In this document: positions 12,289-26,800 of the stretch, one piece after another
Layout of the letters: each line of letters starts with the position of its first letter
Numbering within the stretch: position 1 is the stretch's first letter
DNA from: Lingula anatina
Lineage: Eukaryota > Animalia > Brachiopoda
Length of the DNA stretch: 64,000 bases
Direction of reading: 5' to 3'
NCBI GenBank assembly: GCA_051362555.1
Contig: CM120646.1
Span: forward strand, 6,572,001-6,636,000
Translations under genes and position numbers: made by a program
The notes under the pieces: generated by a model
What the model saw: the letters and a program-made list of their open reading frames with translations, nothing else
What the model was told of the DNA's origin: nothing
Database searches by the model: none

Positions 12289-14033
12289 TCGGTCGTTTCT
12301 CGTTCTTGATTTATATATTTTTTGTTCATTTTTGTTACGATTGAAGTCTGGTAGAGTTAAATGGTTGTAAAGGACGCAGGTGTAGGGAATAGGAGAGTTG
12401 AGATGAAAAACGGCGATAAAAGAAAAGACGGGCAATTAAGGACAGCTATGTTTCGAATCAATGCAAATGTTGAAAAAAAATAGAAAAAGAAAAAAAATAC
12501 TTAACAGAGAAAAAGAAATTATACTTTGTAGTTTTCATAATAAAAAAAATCAAATTTCAAATATATACTAAGGATGAGTTTAATCTATGCTTTCACGTGC
12601 AGTAAAATTGCATTTTATTGATCTCATACATTTTTTCATTTTCATTGCTCAAAACATTTAGCATTGCAAACATTCCCGTGATTCATAGATAGCAAATGTT
12701 GCATAAGTATTTTCGTTTGTGCTGCATTCTTTAGATATGATTAAAATGTATGTTTTAGGGTTAATTTTCTTTTTATGAAACAAAGAAATACCAATTAATA
12801 TAACATAATCTGTCTCTTGTGTAATTACAAGAGGTGAGATAAGGGAGCAATAAATTTGTCGTTCGTTATCGGTTGAACCAATTGAAAATAACAACAAATG
12901 CCAAACAATAGCAATAAAAAATAAATAAAATAATTCATAATATGATTTAGGGCAACGAAAACCATCTTTAACACCGCTTACCTTGAAGGCAATTTCTGCT
13001 AAATTCCAATGAAAATAGAGACTCGGGTATATAAAAATAACTACTGATACTTCTCCGACTATATGTAACTATAAGTAGATAATAAACCTACTGATAGTGT
13101 AAAAGTCCATGTTAAACATTTATTATCTCTACAAATTTACCTTAACAGACGGATGGACAACGTTCAGTCTACGGTCACATAGACAGGTAAGTTACTCCCC
13201 CCCCCAAAAAAAGTCAAAATTTGAAAAAAAAAAAAAATCCCACCTAGACAGTTACCTATAAACAGTATGACAAGCAGTATAGCACAGTTGACACTACACA
13301 AAATGTCCACTTCATTTATACAGTGAAGCACGGAAGGTCTGTACATTGATGACTACCCATGCACTCTGGCCAGTGTAATTTTTTAACAGAATTATACCGC
13401 GTTTTTCGAGAGTGACAGAAGTGTAAGAAATACATAACGCACTACCCACATAACGCACTTTTTCAGGTAAATATGATTTAATTTCGAAATTTAGTGCACA
13501 CTTTCATTAGGAGAAAATGCTTAAATGGATGAAGACAAACTCCAGGGATTCAGCAAAATGTAAAAGGTAGCAATAATGATAGCGGGGAGCCCCCACGGCA
13601 CAGCAACTCACACAGAGAGGGGTGACATGTGTTAACATTATGCATGCAGCGAATTTAGCCGTTTCCGGAGACAATTTAAAGAAAATCAGAGAGAACAATA
13701 TGTTTTGGATAAAAAAAAGAATATTGAGACCACATGCATGGCGCTGCTGTCGATATATTCCTACTACTGAAATTTCTGGAATGACAATAATTTCTCCTGA
13801 ATATATATGAAAGTAGAGGAAGCTGATGCGTATACATGGATTTCAAACATACTCCCTAACCCTGTTCTTCATACTCCCGAAACGAGAAAGAATTATTAAT
13901 GGCGTATCAATTAAAACTATGGGATATGTCCCCGTGCTTAAATCACAGAATGTCGCAGCCGAGACAATTTTAATCATTACAAATACAATGGCTAATAGAG
14001 GCATTTAGAAGGTATTTTATAAAATACACTTAC

Positions 14034-14142
14034 CTGACGTAGGCAGCGCGCAGTGCCACTTCTTCTTTTAGCAGAAATATCCAATATCATTTGCTCGGGA
14101 CGAGAAGAGCACAAGTATTCGTTCTGGTATTCTAATTGACCC
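14034..14142 (-). other. Candidate minus-strand exon
   Basis: Perfect donor CAG|GTAAGT at 14034/14033. Weaker acceptor tcttgactacAG at 14144-14143. Confidence 0.25.
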
Positions 14143-17100
14143 CTGTAGTCAAGATTTAAGATTATCAGTCTAGTTTTATGTCTATTAAATGTGTAGGGAC
14201 GGTGTTTTAATGGTGATAAAACTGTCAGTGGAAAGGCGAAGGGGTTTTAAGGTTCTTTACGGATCTTTGGTTTTTATTTCTTATTTATCTATTTGTTATT
14301 TACTGCATAAGGATGTTTCTCGGGCCACCAGCATCGGATTGATTGCATTTGACTGTGTTTTTGAGCAATTCACTCCCTCCTTTTTATTTGATTATTTATA
14401 TCTGTAACTGAGCACATGCAAAATAGATATCGAAAATATATTTCAATCTCTGGTATAAAATAACTTGGCGGTCCATTTTAATTTTTGATATGCTATGATT
14501 ATTTAATCATTTTATCTTAACCGTGCAAAAATGGAAAAAAGGAAAAATGATGAAATAAAAATATAATTGAATAAAGAATACTTCAAACACTATATGTATA
14601 TATGTTGAAAAATTATTTTTATCGAACAGAAAAAAAAAACTGCGGTTTAATTGAGAGAGATTAGCCATGGATTATATAGCGATTAAATAGGACTGACTTT
14701 CTAGTTTGATTATGAAAACGACAGGAGAGAAAAAGTGCAGTTATCAGAACTGCAGACGGTGGTTTAAAAATAAATACACATTTAGAGCAAAAATGAACAC
14801 AGGTAAAAGCTGTATGTGAAAGCAAAAAAAAAAAGAAAAAAGAGAGAGGACTTCAGCATATACGCTCTCCCGAGCTAGTTACCGAAAATGCAAATACGGT
14901 AAAAAGACACATACATACCATCATCTATCAATATTAACCCTAAGCTGTATTAACGTCAAGGTTAATAACTGAACCGGTTCGTGATACAAAACACAAACCG
15001 GCCACTTTTCAAAAACACAAAAAATAAATACACCACAATTCCGCTCTGATTATGTGACGAGTTTACCGTCTACAGCCGTCTGTGGGGTAAACGACTTAAG
15101 TCAGGATGGGGATGGGGGGACGGTTACAAAAAAAAAAAAAAAAAACAACTTTACATTAAAAGTTGATTTCTACTTTGCGACCAACGTTTAAGTCCGCTTT
15201 CGCTAAGACTGACCTCATATGAAAATTTCACCTGTTTAGGGGAAAATAAGGAAAATGCAAATGTTGCAGGTTGAAAATTATTATGTGTCAGTAGATAAAA
15301 CGTACATGTACCACGAATTTACCCCGAATTGCGTATTAACAAAATCCTGGACTAGAACTTAAGACCAGCAATCGATCTAAAGTTATTTTGAGAAAAATGG
15401 CTCCAGAAAAGAGCTGTCCAGTTTGTGTCCTGTGCGTCGACTATAAATTATTTCGTCATGGACGAGGGGGGGGATTTGTCATTTCAGTCAGAGTTGCTTG
15501 TTTGATGTAATGTCTCATACCCTTCACAACGATTCATTACAATGGGATGACATATAGGGTATAATGCATTTAAAGCGATTATCTTCGTTAATTTAAAAAT
15601 ATCATTATTGAATCATATTTTTTGCTTTTAGCAATGTTATTATCTTTTAAAATTATGAAAATTATAGCATAGTTTAATGTCTGAGCATACTAACACATGT
15701 ATTTCTTTTTTCTACTTTCCTTATTCACTCTAACTCTAGAGTTAAACATATTGTTGAATTATTTATATATTTATGTATGTATATTTTTCTATGTATTTAT
15801 TCACTTTTCCTTTTCCGGATCAAGAATCCGCGTCTTAAAAAAAGTGACTTACTTTCTCGTGGTGTAAATGTATTATAAAGCAGCAACTAAGTTCACCAAT
15901 GCAATGTTAATCTATATGCATACACATGTGTGTATTTAAACGGTTACACCACTACACGTTTCTCCTAACTACTGTTTTCCTTACACAAAACATAAACAAC
16001 GAGAACAAATTGCTAAAAATGCCGAATAAGGTTATATAAAACAAATTGATAACCAATAGTGCGGCCTTACATGATTAGAAGAAATAAGGATCAATACATT
16101 AAACCATGTACGGTTTTGCTCCGGTGTATCTAGTTACTTTCAATTACACCTCAAAAAGCTCATTTCGTGTTTTATTAGCAGGATATTACTACAGATGTGT
16201 AGCTCTTGTTGTAAGAGGACACCCGCGCGAACTGATGAATAGGGCTTATTTTAACGAAATTCGGCGCGTGCACCCCAAAATGTGAATAAACACAATTTAA
16301 ACGTGCAGGTTAATATTCCTTAAATGTCTCCGTGTCAGAAATAGACACCGCGGATAGAAAGATGCAGAGAAATTGACACATGAAAGTAATACCCAGGTCA
16401 TTAATCACGCACTTAATATAAGTCTTGACAGTGATTGGCTAGATGTTCTCGGATCTCCCTACGGAGTACAAAAGCTGAAAGAATACTCCGCATAGAACAT
16501 ATCTGATAAATACTGGAGCTATGACCTAGAGAGATCCTAGCCATGTGTCATAGAGATAGAATCGAATTTCTCTCTTTTTTGTAAAAAGGGACGCTGAAAG
16601 AAAATTTAATGAATAATCCTCATGCTCGGCGAGATTGGCATGGCTGCGTTGGAAAATTGACAATAGAGTTTCATCAACCGCTGAAGAAGAAAAAAATGGA
16701 AAATGAACTAAAGAAGAGGAGACAGAGACTTGGGTTGTCTCGACCTTGGGCGTTTTCATGAAAGGAAATCTTAATCCCCAATATCTGTTTAGTGTTTCTC
16801 CCAACCCCGAAGGCGAGATGTATCAAACGCGTGCTTGTTATTTATATTTTTCAACATCTGTCGTTCCATCACCGACGCGACAGCAAATCCGCGTTACGTT
16901 TGACATTTCCCTTGTAAAGGAAAAAAGTCATTATTATTTAGCTCACTTCAATGCAGCTAATAAATCGTAGACTCACTTGTTTACACCTAATTACAGTTAC
17001 TGAATAATTTACAAGTACAAATTTGCAGTCAGTTGTAAAGAAAAATAGGGTCATATTTAAGCACAATGTTGGCTAAGGACCGCATCCGCGAGCAGTAAAA

Positions 17101-18002
17101 AACAATGCAATACATTGTTAAGTATTTATTGGATTGTTTCAATGACAAGCGTCATTAAGTCATCTGTGTAACATTACGCGGTGCGTTTTTTTTCTGTAAA
17201 AGTTTGGATATCGATTACCGTTACCTCAAGCTGAATTTCGATAAAAAAGGATTATGTTTACTTTCAAACAAATTATAGTTATTTTATTTATATTGAAAAG
17301 GGAAAGTATGTTGTTTACTTGAGAAATTGCGATTGTCATTATCTTAAATATTTGGTTCTTAAATGTATTTTAAATGTGAACGAAGACACCGTGAAACGCC
17401 AATTTAATATGTGATTTTGATCATTTTGACCTGTCGCCATATACCCAGCAAATTATTATCTCTGAATTATAAGCATACCCAATTTGTTGAAAAATTATAT
17501 AGACACTTATATCCATACAAAATGAAAAGAGTATATATACACACGCACATGACGCTGGAAAGTGAGTACTTAGATTAATCAGGGATTGGAAATAATGGTA
17601 TGTATTTTGAATAGGCACAACCTGAACAGTAATCTATATAAAATCAATAAACACACGTTTTACAACTGCTAATATATTGCCAAAAACCTTAAAACCAATG
17701 AAACAAAAAGGAAAAAAAGGTGGTCTAATGTGGTAATGTGTGAAAGAAAGAAAGAAAGAAAGAGAGAAAGAAGGAAGGAAGAAAGGAATGGAAAACAGAA
17801 AAAGAAAAGCAGAGAATGGATTTGCATTGAACAAAAGAAAAAATTAGACTTAGCTTTTCTGAACTACTTTAAGATAGAAAAAAACATAAGTAATGTTGAA
17901 AAGAAAGGAATACTGTACTCCTATTAGAACTTTGTGTGGCAGAAAATACACGCTGCTGCTGTCTTCGCCCCCATACCTCTCTCTATCTGCAATCTTAGCA
18001 CA

Positions 18003-18082
18003 CTTCCCAGAATGCTCCGCAGGCTCTCCTAGACCCTCCTCCCGCTCTTGACTGACGCGTGGCGAGCCCGCGCATATATAAA
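18003..18082 (+). promoter_or_regulatory. Pol II promoter: ZNF143/Staf site, half-CRE and TATA box
   Basis: CTTCCCAGAATGCTCCGCA (18003-18021) matches the Staf consensus YYWCCCRNMATSCMYYRCR at 18 of 19 positions. TGACG at 18053, TATATAAA at 18075-18082, CpG-rich context, and a donor about 190 nt downstream. Confidence 0.55.
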
Positions 18083-21000
18083 CCTTAACAAAAATCGAAT
18101 TTTCTTTTGCTGAACCTCACTCGTAGATTCCTTCGAAAGAGAGCAGCTTTCCGCTACAAGTTTCAATTGTTCGACTGTTGGTTACGGCTAGGAGAGTTCA
18201 AAGAGGGAAGAGAAAAAGGAAGAAGTTTCATCTAAAGATAACCCGCCGCTGGAGAAATAACTCGTGGTAAGTTGTGGATTAAGTTACTCTCATTTCAAAC
18301 TCATGTATCGTTTTGTGATAATTTTCTTTTCATTTATTTTCATTTGGTTTGGCTGGATTGCACGGCGTCGGGTTGCCGTCAGTCACGTGAATGACACTTG
18401 ATGTCAACAGCCATCTAGCACCCGCAGATGACTTTCTCATTTAATACCGGCGTTCTTGTCGATTTCACCGCATTGGGTGAGCAGCGACCGAACACAAGTT
18501 TGAATTTAAATTCGTTTTATAGCTTTAGCCCATTAATGTCAAGAGCAGCAATCCGTCTTGTCGGAAAGAAAGGTAATATATATAGCGTGTTGCCACTACA
18601 GGTTCGTCACATGTAATCTCGTTAGAGCGAGAATTAATTAGGCAGTAGCGGTGCTTGGACTTATATTATGGGATATTAATGGTGAAAAATTGTAGATTTG
18701 AACCACGTTAAGTGTCATCATCATTAACCTTGCTTTTATGTAGAGAAGGGCTGAGGGAAAGGAATCACCATAAACATAAATAACCTGTAATAAGCTACTC
18801 TGTCTACCTCTGTCATTTTACCCTCTATCTCGATCGTATTATAACCATGAGAACATTCTTTTGGTGAGCGTTTCAGCGGGCTGTGTCATGCGTTTCATAG
18901 GGTTTCGTCATTAAGAACTCGTCTTTAATGTTTCTTTAAATCTCTGCAGCATCGTAAAAAGTCGACTTTTCCCCATTAAGTCGATGATGTACGGGCTTGC
19001 TGACGCCGGGTACTTAATGCAGACTCACGCTGACTTGGATATTGCATATATATATTATTCTTAACACAGTTAGAACGCTTGAAATGCTACCTTAGCGGCT
19101 GCTGAGAAAGTCAACAGTCCGTCAGCTATCGCAAAAATCGAATTGTATTGCTTTTCTTCGTCTATTTTCTCTTAAAAAAGAGCGATCGCCATGGTGTCAG
19201 CGACACTTCGTCCCATCGGTCATTGGAGTTGCATATCGTCGATTTCCATATGCATGGATGTACTTCGGTGTAATTTCCAAGGAATGATTCTTTCCATTCT
19301 GGGAATTATGTATCTATTTTATGCAGGCGAAAAGGGATAAATTATGCATAGTTTTCGTTTTCAGTACAAGTATGGTGTATTGTTATACATGTATTGTTAT
19401 ACATGTGTACAGATGATAATGATACACGTTGGACACTATAAAGGGAATCATGTTTTATAGGGCCCAACAGTTTTCTGAGGTAGGGACTAATTCTTCCTCG
19501 TTTTCCTGTAAACAAGGTTGGTGGTCAGCTACTACAAGTGGTCAAGGAAGCGTTGGCCCGGTCAGAATTGAAGAAGCCAGCGAGATCTGACAACTGGCGG
19601 AGATCTGCAGTGACCAGTGAAATCACCAGCAGCGTCCATCCTGAGGGAGTTCACCGCGTGCGTGTAGTGGTCAAGACTGCCCAAACTGGACCCTCCAAGT
19701 TGGTGGTGAGTACACAGATGTGTCCGTTCGCTGCTCCTCCTTCCATTTCAGCGTTCACGTAACTCGTCCGCTTTGACGTTCTACCGCCGGCCAAAGCACC
19801 GCAGTAATTAAACGAAACGCGTAATCGCAAGTGACATAAGTGTGTCTTTCCATTTAAATCAAAGCCGCTCTGGGGTTGGTTTCACACTGGCCGACGTGGG
19901 AAGGGTAGTTTTCTAGCTCAATAAGCGTTAGATAAGCAAGTGTAAAAGAATACGATCTCTGTCCACCAAGTGCCAAGTTTATTGCCCGCTTCCCCTTGGA
20001 AGTTGCGTTTGATCCGCTGCGCCGTGAGACCACCTCCGCCCTGATAAAGCTATTTGCATGGGTGGCATTCTGAACTCCTCGTTTTCTGGAATTTTACTGT
20101 AAAAATGAATCTACAGATAAGGCTGGAATGAAAGGAAAGGAAAAGCAGGCTGAAATGCTTCTTTAACCAAACAGCATTCTTTCTGTCAATCCTCATGACT
20201 TAGATTTATCTTTTATCTCCTTCTGTTTACTCTTTCTATTTTTCTCTTTTTTTTTCGTCAGAGCTTTTTAACATAAAAAAATCGAGTAGGGGTTGCTCAA
20301 TGGAGATAAAAAAGTAGCGAATTGATTGGACAATTTAACTTGTCGTTTTGGAACGCAACATATTCCCTTCATTGTAAACTTAACACCACTTCCAATTATA
20401 GATAGACGAAATGAAGCAGTAGATTTAGTCAATTTTGGTTTAAAAGTTTCAAAAAAATTGTAAAAGGCATACATATTTATTAGGTTTTGCGAATTAAATA
20501 TTTAACTATTTTAGCGTTTTCTATCCTGAGAACGAGTGCGCACAGTTATATCTAACAACTAAATAAGCTTGTCCAAGGTCAGAAATTTGATATCCGAAAC
20601 GGCATATTTAAGTTAATGTAAACATTTTTCATATTTGTCTATTTAAAGTGGCCTCCGTTGAATTAACTTTGATTGATGGCCGTGGTGACTAGTAACTAGG
20701 TATAAATGTCTGTTTTATATTTTCAACAACATTCATATTCAGCCCTGGCAAAGTTAAGTATAGCAAGTGTTATTAGATAAAAATGATTCGAAAAAATGTT
20801 ATTGTCTCCAAGTTGGAAAGACACCAAACATAATCCAGTCTGTTAGAAAATTAAAAAAAAATGTATAAAAAAAGACAAACGTCACGGTATAAAGGTTTAT
20901 TTAATGTCTAAAACTAAAAAAAAGAGCTTAATGTTTAAAAAAAGACATTTTTAGGACAAATTGCAAGTGCTGCGGACCTTTTACTATTATGTCTTGACGT

Positions 21001-23036
21001 TGATTTATTCGAGATGTTACGCAATGGATCACGGTGTAAACAACCCGGACGCGAAATTACGGTAAAAAGCACGAGTTTCTATTAATCAGAGAACAAAAGT
21101 GGATGTGTGGCAATGGCAGACTTCAAAGAGTTAAGAGTCTATGCGAAGAACCATTACTCGGCCACTCTAAACACTAAAGGTCATTGTGGAAAAGTATTCT
21201 AAACCAAAACGGGGAATGAGGTGAGTTATCGAATTCGGCTCGCGAAACTGTAAATTTTCAATACTAAGTTAAAATGGGAAGATACGGATCATATACTACA
21301 GATGAGGAAACCTGAACGTTATCGTTCTTATTTAACGAATAATGAGTATTATTATTATTCTTTATTTTTCTTTGAAAACACGACAGATAAGAAAGGCTGA
21401 TGCAAGCGATACGGAATGTTGTGCATTTCAGAAGGATTGGAGAAAACATTTTTTAATAGAAAACATGCCTTAGGTAGAATACACGATGTGTCGGGCCTCC
21501 TTGTGCTTCTGGCGGTCGATTATCAAACAAAGAATTGAATATTTGTATTGTGTCGCAAGTTACAAAATTACTGTAATACGTGAAGGATTTGGAAGACGTT
21601 CCAAAAGCCTTTTCTTTTGAAAAACAATTTAAATCTGTTCATCTAAATATAAATATAATCCTTTAACATGATTTTATTTCTTACATGGAGCGACAGGAAG
21701 CTCACCTTTGCGTCAGCCAGTGTATTTTTATATTTTCGAAACACAAAATAATGCTTTAGCCCCGAGCTGCAATAACGGTCGGAAATGAGACATTTGCGTG
21801 ATCAATTTAAATATTTCTAGAATTTTTCGATCAAATTCTAGGACGTCGGTTTATCTTTTCCTTCTCAGCTGCACTCGTTCACAAGGATTCCCTCTCTGGC
21901 GACTCCTCGGCGCCGGGATTTTTTTCTGCCTCAAACCGAAGCTGCATACTAACATTCTTTTACTAGCTAATCAATTGTGGATATATTCTATCGCAAGAAT
22001 ACAAATTACACTGTCGATATCCAGTAGCAATTCTAAAATACTGCAGATATTGTTTAAATATATTCTTGTCACCTGCGAATTGAAATATTGTGTATTTTTC
22101 ATTAAATTTGTTCTGATATTTCATTATGTTGTCTTTTACTGGATAACTTAACGCAATTAATTTTATGTTTCTTATTTTTCGTTGTTTCGACTTTATAAGC
22201 TAAGAAAAGGTACAGACGTTTGATTCTTGTCATTTAGAAATCTTAATATATAATTTATTTCTATAATTCATAATTCTAATTTCTAATATTTTAAATACAA
22301 TGACAGTGGTCGATTTTCTCCATACAGTCCACAATATAATAATAGATCACCCTTAACAGCATTGTTTGAAATATACAGTCACACTGAATATACTTATTCT
22401 TCAAAACAGCGTAGAAATTATTCGAAGTTTTAACTAGCGCACCACCAACACGGTGGCAACAAGAATGTCACCGCAAACGTTTCACCTGTCCTCTCATGCC
22501 TCGCCAGGCGCCATATGTGTCATGTTGTGGCCTGTATACTACAGAGAAACTCGTCGTTCTCAAAATCAAATAATTTCAATTATTTGGGCGGCCCGGAGTA
22601 GATCAAAGGTATCGAGTGACCCAGTTGTAGTACATCAGTTGTAGAATTAAATGTGGGATTGGGAAGGTGGTGGTGTTACTGGTAAAATAAGGGCCCATTG
22701 AGCAGCTCAGGACAGTGCAGGGGGAAATGGGGGAGGGGGCGGAATATAGGTTTTACCTTTGCCTGGGTAAGGTGGTCTATTGCCCAACCTGTTTTGGCTG
22801 TCCAGTGAATTTTTTCAATTCAAATGAGGTCCGATTGGTAAACATGAAGTCACACGCATTTGTGCATTCGATTCTCATAGAAAAGCAATAGGTTAAATAT
22901 TAAATAAAAAGAAAATTGTCTAAGGGAAGGAAAAAAAAAAAGAAATGAACAGAACAAAACAGAAAAGAAATGACAGACTGAGAAAAAGACGGAACAGACA
23001 GATATGCATATGCTTGTAGCCAGACAGGGAAACAGG

Positions 23037-23062
23037 CGGACAGACAGACAGACAGACAGACA
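23037..23062. repeat. (GACA)n microsatellite
   Basis: Seen directly. Confidence 0.85.
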
Positions 23063-23783
23063 GAGATAAACATATTTATCCTGGTTATACCAATAACTGT
23101 ATAAGGCCACTCCATCAGACACCAATAACAACAAAAACGTTAGTTTCAGAAGCAGAAAAATGCACTCACAAGTACAAGTGATACCCAAGTAATTTAAGAA
23201 ACGAGCATCTTGAAAAATAATTCAAGTAGCAAGAGTGTGTCCGAACCTTTGATCTCCTAGACGGGATAACTCAATTCCAACTCTCACTTCCCATGGATCT
23301 GTTTGTTTGTATAGGAAGATACGCGTGCCGGCGAGACTGGACGTTATGACCGCACCAAACGCAATGGACATTGGTCACTGGTAGCATTAAGTGCACTGAC
23401 TGGCGGCTGCACTTATAAGGGACGCACTTGTTAATGAACAGTCAGCACTAAGATGGGTGGATTTGCTGTTCGTGTGATGTCTCTTTTAAAATGCGTCGTT
23501 AAGTCGCTCCAGTTCTGAGAATTCTTGTGAAAAAAAGTGGGCGCGCTGGGAAGTGAAATTATAATTGGATAAGAGACCTATTGATTATTATGAATTTAAT
23601 ATACAATGAAGTTTACACTATTAAATCTATTGGAATCATCTCTTAAGTGCACGGAAAGCTATTCCTAAAGTGCTTGTAAAAAATGTCCAAAATGCCCTCT
23701 TCGGCTTCTCTAATTTTATGCGGATGAATAGGTGCGATACGATATGTATACCATTACGTAGTATTTGCTGAAGAACACTGTCT

Positions 23784-23787
<4 letters not shown>

Positions 23788-23820
<33 letters not shown>
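23788..23820. repeat. (CT)n microsatellite
   Basis: Seen directly. Confidence 0.95.
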
Positions 23821-23824
<4 letters not shown>

Positions 23825-26800
23825 GAATCAGTTCTCCTCGAGGAGCCATAAAACATCACCGTCCTATTAGTCAACATCTCTGCAGTTTGTTCTCTGCAAA
23901 TGGAATACTCTTGTCGATTGGTAAAATTTGATTATTCGCTCTCTTGAGAGATAGTCAGACAATGTGTCCAAAGGATAATTATAACAATTTGACGCCGCTG
24001 TAGGCGTATTTAGAAGTTTTAGTCTGTGACAAGATGTTCGACACATTGATAAATCTAAGGCGGGAACATTACTGATGATTATCAATACGTAGATTAAAAT
24101 TAACACTGACACTGATGGAAAAATTAACCAGGATTTCTGCTGAACTCAGTTGGCCGTTTGAATTTCCCGGGGGTAGAGCGTGATTAGGTCTGAGTGGATT
24201 CTTTCCTTTAAGAACGAATGTGATCTTATTGCAAGAGTATAATAATGATAGAATCCTTGATCAATAGGCTTATTCGTTATTTTCAAATAAATAAATAAAT
24301 GCATAAATAAATGAAATTCAACCGTTATTGACAGCTGCATTTTCAATAAATTAAGGGAAGTACGTTAAATTCTGCGTTTAAATTTGTGGGAAAATAGTTA
24401 TGCTTTTATTTCATGATAAGCAGTAATGGAAGTGTAAGAAAGTTTAACGCTTATTCAGCAGGGTGAAGATCTTTTTGTTAACTTCAGCACATTATGCGCT
24501 TCTTATATAATTTTTCTTATCTGACCCTTTAAACCTTATCAACCCTTTCAAAAAATATATAGATATTAATTAATCCAATTATAAGTGTCTTATAGAAAAA
24601 TAAAAATTAAACAGATTTAAAGAAAAAGAAGATAGTTATAATTTAAGGATGCAAACCTATTCTAAATCTTAAAGTCGCTTCCAATAAAATTATCAATTTT
24701 AACATCCTAAAATTGTGTAGAGAAAGAGAAGGTTTATAGGTTACACCACATGCTTGTCTATGACAAATTACTATGTTTACACTAGAAGAAGATTTTTTTC
24801 TATCTTCATTAAATGTAAACCCCCCCAATACTTAACTCAACTTATTTCTGTATATTTCGGAAACCACATTTCCCGCCCACCTCTAAAATAGCCATCCGCA
24901 TTTAACATACTTCAGCAGGATATCGGTGACATTTAGGGGGTATTTTCATCATGGCTTTCAGTCAAATAATGTTTATTTTGATATCGATCCTGCAGACATT
25001 TCGAGACTCTTTTCAATTCAAATTCGAGTCTAGTATCAACGATCCGGAACTTTGTTTTAGAAAGTTACTGTAAGACCTAGTCGAGTGTCTGTATTAGAGG
25101 TAATTTTGATCGATTTTCTTTTCAGTTTTTTATCTACTTCGGGCAGCACTTTTTATATCCTCACTTCTCTTAACTGCATTGACAATTCTGCTGGTAACTA
25201 GTTTTTTCTTATAGATCTGAAAAAAATCCTAAAAAATGCCTAAGCTAATTTTGCTGAAAGTGGCATTATTAAAACTCTGTATGCGTGTATTTAGCCCTGT
25301 ATGGTATTTTCAGCCTTTATGAGGTTAAAGACATTTAATTATAAACAAAATGAAGTCACATCACTGCTCGTATGAAATATAACTAGCAAACACCGCGAAC
25401 TAAGGGTCCAACATTTAATGTTGAACTTAAAAACGAACCCTCTGTCTAATTTTTTAAACGAAAAAATTATTTCATGTGTGCATTTTACGAAAAAAAAACA
25501 TTTTGTTGATTATTCTTTAGACGTTAAGAACGGTGGCGTCAAAATTTTTTTGATTGGGGGATTATCCATTAATATTTTTTCGTGGCAAACATTGGTTTGC
25601 CTGATGTAACGTTGTCGTTGTCGCCCTTCGTACTGTCAGTCTCTAGTAAATTTATGAAAACACAACTCTAGATATAGAACCGTCATCTGTCATAAAAGCG
25701 CAGTTTGAATATCTTATTTTTAAATGTATAAAAATTCTTCATTTTGTAGAAAAAAATGATGCAGTATTTTCTTAATTCCAACCATTGATTAAAAAAATTT
25801 TTTGCACCATTCAAGCGCTACTGCTAAACCATAGATTTTGCTAGTGATTGAAAGCGTGTTTTGACAGGTTAATTTTTCTCGACATTGCCTTTATTTCCCT
25901 ATAGTTCATGCCGATATCTCAACACAGTTCTGATTAATTCATCAATCATCACACTGATGTTTGTTTCAATGATTCTTTATTTCTAACCTAGGTATGTAAA
26001 CGTATACATACCGAATAAATTTTACACAGAATCAAAAATTGCACATGAACAGATAGGAATGTGGTTTATAATTAAAATTTAAGAAAAGAATTGCGCAACA
26101 AATGCGTCAGGCAGACGGCTAGAGATACGGAGAATCATAACTACTAGTAATATTAATTAAAATATATACATTCAGAGTGACTGCATTGATAGAAATCCAT
26201 TTAATCCTAAGAAGTTGAAACGTCTTGTAGAATAAGAATGGCAAAACAGAGTGGAAAAGTATGCACATTTGAAATAGGATATTCAAAGTTTTACTCCACA
26301 CTGGCTACATTTTGACCAAGTGAATTTCCGCACCTGTTTTGCTTCGATTTTTCTTATTTCATTATACACAATTTCCAGACTCATTTCCATAAACTGTCTC
26401 TTTTATCAATATTTTCTACAACATCCTCTCCTTTTCTTTCTTCGAGTCATCTCCTGTTTTCTCTTCTTTCTTTATTTCTTTCTTCCTTTCACCATCAAAA
26501 TTACGCATGGTTAATTCAACCCTTTTCCCCCGGGACAGCTAGCTCATTTTTCACCCAGAATAGAATGAGTCCTCCGCTTGAGCCCCTGAAGCCAACGCTA
26601 GTTATTCCCAGCATGATCTCATTAGCATAGAGAATCTTCTTTTAATGGCATTATCCATCAGTACTAAAGGAATAAATGAATTTGTCTTACGAAGCGCTTT
26701 GTACATTCTGTAACTATACTGGAGCTTTTTCCCCCGAGGACCCAAAGATTGCGCAGTTTTAGCATGGAAATTATTAGGTTTATTCCTCTTGTTTAATTTC

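Noticed and set aside
21234-21244. miR-375 3'-half match TTCGGCTCGCG
   Set aside because: Seed is absent and only a tiny hairpin forms.
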